From: an uncultured Micavibrio sp.
GTDB taxonomy: Bacteria; Pseudomonadota; Alphaproteobacteria; Micavibrionales; Micavibrionaceae
DNA length: 64,000 bases
Assembly: GCA_963977125.1 (NCBI GenBank)
Contig: CAXBNJ010000008.1
Coordinates: 4,020-68,019 of the forward strand
Reading direction: 5' to 3'
Positions 20,285 through 27,322 of this stretch are shown piece after piece. The stretch's first letter is position 1. The number at the start of each line of letters is the position of its first letter. The position numbers and the translations under genes are program-made. The notes under the pieces are model-generated. The model worked only from the letters and a program-made list of their open reading frames with translations, searched no databases and was not told the origin of the DNA.

Positions 20285-21610
20285 TCAGTCCTTTTCAACC
20301 AAGAAATTTAACTCTAATCCGTTATATCTCTTTCCAGTGTAAACACTAGCCGTTTCCAGCTCATTATCAAGATTACGAATTGGTATAAAATACTCCCAAA
20401 CAATTTCGCTATGCTCATTTATTTCAAATATACGCCCATTATAATGTGAGGTAATCAAGGTATTCCCATTAGCTAATATTTGAAATGAACTACAAAACGG
20501 CGAGAAAAGTGGTGCCTCTTTTGACCCAGAATAAATCACCTTATAATCATTCGTTTGGGGATTATACTCCATCACGCGGCTTTGCTTTAATTTTTTAGCG
20601 CCAAGATTATCAAACAGCATAATATGGCCATTATCGAGAACGACAGTATTATGCTGCCCCTCCCATAGACCTTTACCAACCCATACTAATTCCTCTTTAT
20701 CTATATCAACCACCATGATTGCGCTGCTTGCTTGTGAGGAAACCATGACTTGCCCCTCTTCAAACAAAGGTGAGGATTCTGCTGCAACTCGAGTAATATA
20801 ATGTGCTGTGTTAGGGTGTAAATGGTCACCGCGTTTACCTTTTGGCCACAGCATCTCTAGGTACAATTGCGCTTCGCTTGATTTTTCAATAGCCTTATAA
20901 ATAGAAACTCGTTTTTTAAGTCCTCCATTATGATCTAAGACCTCTATGAACTCATCAAAGGAAGGCCAACTTAAATGTTCTGTATTCTCAGCTTCTAAAT
21001 AACCTGTTTGTATATCTAGAGATAGGGTATAAACATCCCCATTTGGCGCTACATCGATATAGTGGTGATTACGGCCAGCATGAAACCATATTAGTTCACT
21101 ATTTTTGTTAAATTTCGCTAGACCAAAGTTATTCTGAAACTGATTCATGGCCTCATAGACAACGATCACATCGCCATTCCCATACAAATAGGCATCTCTT
21201 ATGCCTAACTCGTCAGCCGCCATGTTCTTTTTTGCATGATCTGGGTAGGGTAACTTCTCTAGGGGGTTCAAATTCCAGCTATGTGCTTCGACTCCATCCA
21301 TATCGATCAACCTAACAACATGATCATAGCTATTGCTGTATAATGTATATCCACCATAAGCTTCTTTTGTATTAACGGTTACGCCAACCCGACCTATAAA
21401 TCCATCAAAAAGGGGCAGATGGTACCTGTTAGAGGCGTATAAAACCTCCATATCACTGTAATCGGTTTTAACGACAGAAATTCCGATTAGGGCATTTTCT
21501 ATATACTTATAAGGAAATATCTTTAACTGAACGCTTAACGCCCCCCATGTAAAGACTAAATACAAAGCGGCGGAGGCCACTATTGCCGTGAATATACTAT
21601 CTATTTTCAT
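20285..21610 (-). CDS. membrane-anchored beta-propeller protein, arylsulfotransferase (ASST)-like
   Basis: N-terminal signal anchor and recurrent His/Asn-Gly blade motifs (GRNHHYIDVAPNGDVY, GDHLHPNTAHY, WEGQHNTVVLDNGHIMLFDN) resembling the ASST family. The start overlaps the upstream stop (ATGA at 21610). Confidence 0.5.
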   Translation of the reverse strand: MKIDSIFTAIVASAALYLVFTWGALSVQLKIFPYKYIENALIGISVVKTDYSDMEVLYASNRYHLPLFDGFIGRVGVTVNTKEAYGGYTLYSNSYDHVVRLIDMDGVEAHSWNLNPLEKLPYPDHAKKNMAADELGIRDAYLYGNGDVIVVYEAMNQFQNNFGLAKFNKNSELIWFHAGRNHHYIDVAPNGDVYTLSLDIQTGYLEAENTEHLSWPSFDEFIEVLDHNGGLKKRVSIYKAIEKSSEAQLYLEMLWPKGKRGDHLHPNTAHYITRVAAESSPLFEEGQVMVSSQASSAIMVVDIDKEELVWVGKGLWEGQHNTVVLDNGHIMLFDNLGAKKLKQSRVMEYNPQTNDYKVIYSGSKEAPLFSPFCSSFQILANGNTLITSHYNGRIFEINEHSEIVWEYFIPIRNLDNELETASVYTGKRYNGLELNFLVEKD

Positions 21611-22761
21611 TATAACTTATATCCCCACAAAGCCGCAACAGCGGCGGTTTCTTCTTCGATGATCGCTTTATCGCCAGCGCTTAGCTGGCTCTCATAATAG
21701 CGTGGCGCGGCGACTTTATCGCTCCATTTTTCGAGCATGTCTTGGTCACATGGTAAATTAATAAAATCGGTGACCTCGCGCAATATTGCGCTCGTGTTTT
21801 CACAAAAATCTTCGTATTTATAACAATAGACAGATGAGTTGGTTTTATACTGGCGATACACATAGCCATATATATAGGCCCAGTACCGCGCATAACCGCG
21901 CAATAACTCGCCCGCTTCAAATAAAGTTAGAATGTTTTGGTACGCCGCATCATTTTCTAAACATATAGGGCGCAGGTCAGCGCCAAATTCAAAATGGCCA
22001 ACGCGCGAGAGATGTTTTAAGGCGCGTTTTTGGCCTTTGGTTTGCTGTAGAAAATTTTGATGCTGACGCAGTAAAGATTCCACATGCGCTTCGGGTGCGC
22101 GCACGGGCACGATGAATTTGGCACTAGGCAGCATATTCAAAATATACTCGATGCGCGTTATATTGTAATTCGCCTTAGCCAAATAACGCGGCGCTTTGCT
22201 CGCTAAGAGTAATTTTTTAATGTGATCTGTATAAAAAGCCGTAAAGCCAGGCTTCGTAACGCCGTCTTTTACCAAGTGAGCTTCATCCAAATCAGCGCCG
22301 AGAGCGGCACTGTGAAGAGTATCATGGCTCTGTGTAAAGAAATGCATCCAAAGCACCTCCTCCATCGCCTCAGGGCTGTTAGAGGAGATAAGCAGGCCGT
22401 CGCCGTGGAAACGCTCCTGCTTTTTCTCTGACTTACCCTGTAAGCGCCCAAGTGACATGATTTTTTGGATCATCCGCCAGAGATACGGCGTGAAGACAAA
22501 AGGAAAGTCACTATATTTATGAGCCGTGAATGTCGGCTGCTCGGCTAATATCTCTAGCAATATCGTCGAGCCAGAGCGTGCAAGGCCGCATACATAGACC
22601 GGCTGGTTAATTTTGATCTCTTCAAGGTCAAACTCAAGAACCTTGCTTTCAAAATCACCAAGCGTCTTCCAAAACTTGGGATAATTACAAACAAGACCAT
22701 TCATCCAATGGCGCTGCCAGCTAATGAGAGTCTTAGATTTTTCTTTATTATGTGAAGACAT
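21610..22761 (-). CDS. PAPS-dependent sulfotransferase-family protein
   Basis: 5'-PSB loop CGLARSGSTILLE and a 3'-PB-like VPVRAPEAHVES. 383 aa with no TM segment. Confidence 0.7.
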   Translation of the reverse strand: MSSHNKEKSKTLISWQRHWMNGLVCNYPKFWKTLGDFESKVLEFDLEEIKINQPVYVCGLARSGSTILLEILAEQPTFTAHKYSDFPFVFTPYLWRMIQKIMSLGRLQGKSEKKQERFHGDGLLISSNSPEAMEEVLWMHFFTQSHDTLHSAALGADLDEAHLVKDGVTKPGFTAFYTDHIKKLLLASKAPRYLAKANYNITRIEYILNMLPSAKFIVPVRAPEAHVESLLRQHQNFLQQTKGQKRALKHLSRVGHFEFGADLRPICLENDAAYQNILTLFEAGELLRGYARYWAYIYGYVYRQYKTNSSVYCYKYEDFCENTSAILREVTDFINLPCDQDMLEKWSDKVAAPRYYESQLSAGDKAIIEEETAAVAALWGYKL

Positions 22762-22899
22762 TGAAACCTAAATATAACCGATGAATAAATATTAGCAAAG
22801 CCGCAACTACAGCCGCTTAAGCGCCTATTACAGCGCAATGAGTGTAGCCTAAAAAACCGATGATGCGAATAAATAAAGTTGGGTATAAGATTATTTTTC

Positions 22900-22927
22900 T
22901 TGACTTTACCATAAGTTATGTTATGTT
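22900..22927 (+). promoter_or_regulatory. sigma70-like promoter with AT-rich upstream element
   Basis: TTGACT (22900-22905), 16 nt, TATGTT (22922-22927), preceded by ATTATTTTTC. It would give a ~200-nt leader for the helicase gene. Confidence 0.35.
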
Positions 22928-23130
22928 CCGCTCGCAGTTTGCAAGATGAAAATCTAAACAGAGCTTGAACCAGAAACAATAATCTGGTGGTGAGGTATAG
23001 TTTAAGATGGTCGGTTCGTTAAGATCTCTTTCCTGAAAAGTTCGGTTTCGCAGTAGTACTCTGACGTAAGTGCAAGGCATATACAAGAGGTATAGCCTTA
23101 ACCAAATTTTTTGTGAAAGACACATTAACG

Positions 23131-25116
23131 ATGACGAAGTTTGAAGACTTCGGCCTTGAGCCGAACTTGCTTAAATCCCTAGAACATATGAACTACACAG
23201 CGCCTACGCCTATTCAGGCGCAAACCATCCCCTTGGCTCTTGATGGCCGCGACATATTGGGCTCAGCCCAAACCGGTACGGGTAAGACAGCCGCTTTTGC
23301 TATTCCACTGATTAATGCGCTTATGGGCTCAGACGAGGGCTCAGCTATTGTCCTAACGCCGACACGTGAACTTGGTAAACAAGTCATGGAAGTTATGCAG
23401 CAATTATTAGGCTCAAAAAGCTTCATCAACACCGCCTTTATTATTGGCGGCGAATCTATGGGCAAACAATTTGAACAGCTTAAACGCAATCCACGTTTAA
23501 TCGTTGGAACGCCTGGCCGTATTAATGACCACCTAAAGCGCGGCACATTAAAACTTGATGACACACGTTTTCTGGTTCTTGATGAAACGGACCGTATGCT
23601 TGATATGGGTTTCAGCATTCAACTTGATGCAATCGCTGAATATATGCCAAAAGGCAAACGTCAAACTTTGATGTTCTCAGCAACTATGCCGCATAACATT
23701 ATGCGCCTCGCTGACCGTTACCTTACCAACCCAAAACGTATTGAAATTGGTGAGAGCAACGCAACAGCGAAAAACATTAAACAAGAAGTATTACACGTTC
23801 AAAAAGACAAAAAATATACAACGCTTGTTAGCGAATTATCGACACGCGTAGGGACTATTCTTGTTTTCGTGAACACAAAGCGCGATACAGAAGCCCTTGC
23901 GAAAAAGCTTAAAGGCGACAGCTTCAGCACCGAAGCTATTCATGGTGATTTAAGACAGCATCGCCGCGAAAAAATCATTCGTAAATATCGTAATGAAGAA
24001 TTCCGCGTTTTGATTGCAACTGATGTTATCGCTCGTGGCCTTGACGTACCGCATATTGCACACGTTATTAACTATGACCTACCCATGATGCCTGAAGATT
24101 ACATTCACCGTATTGGCCGTACTGCACGTGCGGGTGCCGATGGTGAAGCTTTATGCTTAATTACACCGCAAGATAACCGTCGTTGGACAGCTATTCAGCG
24201 TTTAATTAACCCAGAAAGCGCATCTGATCGCGGTAATTATGGCGAACGTCCACGCGGCAAGTCTGGTGGCCATTCAGGTGGTAAATCATTCGGTAACTCA
24301 CGCAGTAACTCATATGGCGGCGGCAAGAAGACTTACGGTAAGAAAAACTTTGGTTCAAGTGAAGGCGGAAGCTGGAAGAAGAAACCATATGGCGAAGAGC
24401 GTAGCTCTGGGTACAAAGGCCGCGATGATCGTTCATCTGGCAATGGTAACTCGAACTACAAAGGCCATAGCGACCGTCCACAAGGTAACGGCAGCTCAAA
24501 CTATAAAGGTAAGAGCGATCGTCCTTTCGAGCGCAGCGCATCTAGCTATAGAGGTCGTGATGAGCGCCCACAAGGCAATGGTAACTCGAACTATAAAGGC
24601 AAGAGTGATCGTCCTTTCGAAGGCCGCGCGACAAGCAACTATAAAGGCCGCGATGAGCGTCCTCAAGGCAATGGCAGTTCAAACTACAAAGGTAAGAGCG
24701 ACCGTCCATTCGAAAGCCGTGGATCATCAAGCAACTATAAAGGTCGCGATGATCGTCCACAAAGCAATGGTAACTCGAACTATAAAGGTAAGAGCGATCG
24801 TCCTTTCGAAGGCCGCGCGACAAGCAACTATAAAGGTCGTGATGCTCGTCCACAGGGCAACGGCAGTTCAAACTATAAAGGTAAGAGCGACCGTCCTTTC
24901 GAAAGCCGTGGCTCATCAAGCAACTATAAAGGTCGCGATGATCGTCCACAAGGCAATGGTAACTCGACTTACAAAGGTAAGAGAGGCAGCGCTAGCGAAG
25001 CAGGTAGCAACCGCCCATTCGCTAAACGCAGCTCAGCTCCACAATCTTTTAAGAAAAAGATGGACCATGACGAGGCGCCTAAGCGCAAGACCCTAAAAAT
25101 AGGTAAAGCGGCGTAA
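23131..25116 (+). CDS. DEAD-box ATP-dependent RNA helicase with long repetitive C-terminal tail
   Basis: Q motif (F..F.L...TPIQ), AQTGTGKT, PTRELG, DEAD-equivalent VLDETD, SAT and HRIGRTARAG. Start is ATG 23131 or GTG 23113. About 250 aa of Y/K/G/R/D/N-rich tail. Confidence 0.9.
   Translation: MTKFEDFGLEPNLLKSLEHMNYTAPTPIQAQTIPLALDGRDILGSAQTGTGKTAAFAIPLINALMGSDEGSAIVLTPTRELGKQVMEVMQQLLGSKSFINTAFIIGGESMGKQFEQLKRNPRLIVGTPGRINDHLKRGTLKLDDTRFLVLDETDRMLDMGFSIQLDAIAEYMPKGKRQTLMFSATMPHNIMRLADRYLTNPKRIEIGESNATAKNIKQEVLHVQKDKKYTTLVSELSTRVGTILVFVNTKRDTEALAKKLKGDSFSTEAIHGDLRQHRREKIIRKYRNEEFRVLIATDVIARGLDVPHIAHVINYDLPMMPEDYIHRIGRTARAGADGEALCLITPQDNRRWTAIQRLINPESASDRGNYGERPRGKSGGHSGGKSFGNSRSNSYGGGKKTYGKKNFGSSEGGSWKKKPYGEERSSGYKGRDDRSSGNGNSNYKGHSDRPQGNGSSNYKGKSDRPFERSASSYRGRDERPQGNGNSNYKGKSDRPFEGRATSNYKGRDERPQGNGSSNYKGKSDRPFESRGSSSNYKGRDDRPQSNGNSNYKGKSDRPFEGRATSNYKGRDARPQGNGSSNYKGKSDRPFESRGSSSNYKGRDDRPQGNGNSTYKGKRGSASEAGSNRPFAKRSSAPQSFKKKMDHDEAPKRKTLKIGKAA
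24400..24985 (+). repeat. coding tandem repeat; two near-identical 189-bp units plus degenerate copies
   Basis: GGTAACTCGAAC recurs at 24445, 24580, 24769 and 24958 (the last as GGTAACTCGACT). Units 24580-24768 and 24769-24957 differ by only a few substitutions. Each encodes NYKGKSDRPFEGRATSNYKGRDERPQGNGSS plus NYKGKSDRPFESRGSSSNYKGRDDRPQ.NGNS. Confidence 0.95.
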
Positions 25117-25137
25117 GTAAACAGCCACAATAAAATA

Positions 25138-25172
25138 CAAAAAGCCCCAGAAATCATCTGGGGCTTTTTTTA
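25138..25172. terminator. bidirectional rho-independent terminator
   Basis: AGCCCCAG / CTGGGGCT stem with an A-run upstream and T7 downstream, between the convergent helicase and dioxygenase genes. Confidence 0.85.
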
Positions 25173-25207
25173 TTGTGATAGTCTTTGAACTTAAACAGAC
25201 TGCGGCG

Positions 25208-26287
25208 CTATACGGGCCTCAAAGCATCTGTCTTAAATTGTCCTGCCATAGAGGCATAGACCTTTCGGCTTCCCTCATAAGATTCACGACCATGGCCGTA
25301 TTTAATATTATCGACAAGCAGAATATCCGTTGGCTTATAATAACGGCCTTCACGCGTTTGCAGAAAAGCTTGAAGCAAGATCGCTGTCTCAGTTTTTGTT
25401 AGCTCTTCATCATCCGGGCCAATCAGGTATCGTCTGTATCCATTGTAAATTGTCGGCTCATCAAGAGCGATGCGAGGAAATAACATGTAGCGTTCACCAT
25501 CGCGCTCATCAACTTTAAAAGCAGGAATATTTATTGTCGTCATTAACGTATGAAAAACACGGTCTCCGTCAACTTCCTCTTTCCACCAACACTCATCAAA
25601 CTGATCGCTAGCCGCCTTACAATTATTCAAAGCCTGATCTAAACACTTCGTACCGAAGCGTTCTTGCCATGAACGGAAATAATTTTGATCTTTCTGCGGG
25701 TGATCCTCATCTAGAAAACCAGTAATAATTGTGAATCCACCAGCCTCCATTTTCTCAAGGAGCTGCTCACCTTCAGGGCCACAATTGCGGATATAGTCTT
25801 CCACCCTTTTAGCCGAGTGAACGAATGTTCTACCGCCATGTCCATCTTGTGTGGTGGCTTCACAAAAAAACATCAATCTTAAAGGCATTGAATGTTGATA
25901 TAAAATTTCATTATGGGGTAAGAGGAATAGATCTTTTGGGTAATCATCTGTGTCACGCATCGCGGGGGAAACCGTTTTTAAATTTGTGCGGCCACTGACA
26001 TTCCCACCCCATTTAAATTGCTCATCATGGCCAAAGCCAAGGCCGTGCAGAATATGATCAGCTAGTTTTTCTGGATCAGCATCCAGACCAGAATTTATAA
26101 TATGCAGCGCGCCCGTTTTATTAAATTGATCTCTAATTTGACCAAGTTTGGCTTCATTCAGCTGCCCCTGTGCATCAAATATATGCATTGGAAAAGATAC
26201 GTCTTTCCAGTCTGATTTATATTCAGGGTAATGGAATCTCTGACCTTCTGGAGGGTTGGCAACAGTATTAAAGTTAATTTTATGCAT
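25208..26287 (-). CDS. Fe(II)/2-oxoglutarate dioxygenase, TauD/clavaminate-synthase-like
   Basis: HxE motif in LLPHNEILYQ, GGRTFV 20-odd residues later, and distal His plus Arg in DNIKYGHGRES. 359 aa. Confidence 0.65.
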   Translation of the reverse strand: MHKINFNTVANPPEGQRFHYPEYKSDWKDVSFPMHIFDAQGQLNEAKLGQIRDQFNKTGALHIINSGLDADPEKLADHILHGLGFGHDEQFKWGGNVSGRTNLKTVSPAMRDTDDYPKDLFLLPHNEILYQHSMPLRLMFFCEATTQDGHGGRTFVHSAKRVEDYIRNCGPEGEQLLEKMEAGGFTIITGFLDEDHPQKDQNYFRSWQERFGTKCLDQALNNCKAASDQFDECWWKEEVDGDRVFHTLMTTINIPAFKVDERDGERYMLFPRIALDEPTIYNGYRRYLIGPDDEELTKTETAILLQAFLQTREGRYYKPTDILLVDNIKYGHGRESYEGSRKVYASMAGQFKTDALRPV

Positions 26288-26304
26288 TTTAAAAAACTCT
26301 TTTT

Positions 26305-27240
26305 TTAAATTGTTTCGAAACCAGCCATGCTCAGTAAAATTTCACGTTTTCCCTGATATGGCTCCCTAGAGTGGCCGTAACGGATATTATCCATTAGAAT
26401 TAAATCTCCTTGCTTCAGCGCCGCCCCTTCTTTGGTTGCGTTATAAGCATTCCTAAGTATTTGTAGCTCTGCGGCAGACAAGTCACGACCATCCCCGAGC
26501 GGAAATCGTCTAAAGCCATTAATTGCACTTGGCCCATTGGCCGCAATACGAGGAAAGCGCAGGTAATCATTTCCATCTCGGCTGTCTTTGAATACACTAG
26601 ACAAGGTAATACGTGTCATAAGGACGTCATGATCACCATCTTTTTTCCACCAACATTCGTCATATTTTTCTATCTGTGATGAGACGCTTTGCAATGCATG
26701 TGCAGGGTCTTCAGTCTCGCACACTTCCTGCCAAGATTTAAAATAGTTATCACTTTTCTGCGGATGGTTTTTATCTAAGAAGCCAACTTCTATCGTCATG
26801 CCATATTTTGCGATCTTATCGTAAAGTTTGGTGCCTTGGTCGCCCTGCGCACAGATAAAATCTGTAACTTTGCTTGCAGAATGCACATTAATACGTCCAC
26901 CAGATTCAGGTTGAATACTGTGGAAAAACAAAACTCTATTCGGAAAACTTCGCTGATATTGAATTTCATTATTGGGCAGTAAAAATAAATGGGCAGGGTA
27001 GTGATCCATCCTGCGCAAGCCTTTTTCAGCCCATTTTTCTTGCCAGTTTTTTGATGTTCGTCCACCCTCATAAAACTGCTCTTCTTCGCTAAACCCCAAA
27101 TTGGGTAAATACGCCAAAAGCTCATTACCATGGGCTACGCCTGTGTTTTTAATACACATGGCGCCGCATTGGTTGAAAATCTCTTTTACAGGTAAAGTTC
27201 CGAGTAACTTCGTATTGCCCTGGATATCTATATTTAGCAT
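26305..27240 (-). CDS. TauD/clavaminate-synthase-like paralogue with Asn in place of the first iron-ligand His
   Basis: Collinear with the downstream paralogue (LFLLPNNEIQYQ, GGRINV, DNIRYGHSREP). The NNE codons AAT AAT GAA were verified on the minus strand at 26973-26965. It lies 17 bp upstream of its paralogue. Confidence 0.6.
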   Translation of the reverse strand: MLNIDIQGNTKLLGTLPVKEIFNQCGAMCIKNTGVAHGNELLAYLPNLGFSEEEQFYEGGRTSKNWQEKWAEKGLRRMDHYPAHLFLLPNNEIQYQRSFPNRVLFFHSIQPESGGRINVHSASKVTDFICAQGDQGTKLYDKIAKYGMTIEVGFLDKNHPQKSDNYFKSWQEVCETEDPAHALQSVSSQIEKYDECWWKKDGDHDVLMTRITLSSVFKDSRDGNDYLRFPRIAANGPSAINGFRRFPLGDGRDLSAAELQILRNAYNATKEGAALKQGDLILMDNIRYGHSREPYQGKREILLSMAGFETI

Positions 27241-27268
27241 TTCACTACATCTTTATTTAACATAAGCA

Positions 27269-27297
27269 TTTATAGGGCACACGCCGTGTTATGTCAA
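27269..27297 (-). promoter_or_regulatory. sigma70-like promoter for the dioxygenase pair
   Basis: On the minus strand: TTGACA (27297-27292), 17 nt, TATAAA (27274-27269). It is embedded in TATTGACATAACAC, identical to the 18390-18403 promoter. Confidence 0.5.
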
Positions 27298-27322
27298 TAC
27301 ATAAGTGTGGTAAACTGACAAG

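Noticed and set aside
22701-23125. Minus-strand ORFs 22701-22979 and 22916-23125 in the sulfotransferase/helicase divergent region.
   Set aside because: They run through both predicted promoters, lack an RBS, and have AT-rich chance-like sequences. The region is better explained as regulatory DNA plus the helicase leader.
24206-25157. Long alternative-frame and antisense ORFs across the helicase tail (24239-25096 +, 24206-24541 -, 24542-24949 -, 24969-25157 -).
   Set aside because: These are artefacts of stop-free tandem repeats. The frame continuous with the DEAD-box core explains the region, and the alternative translations are compositionally implausible.
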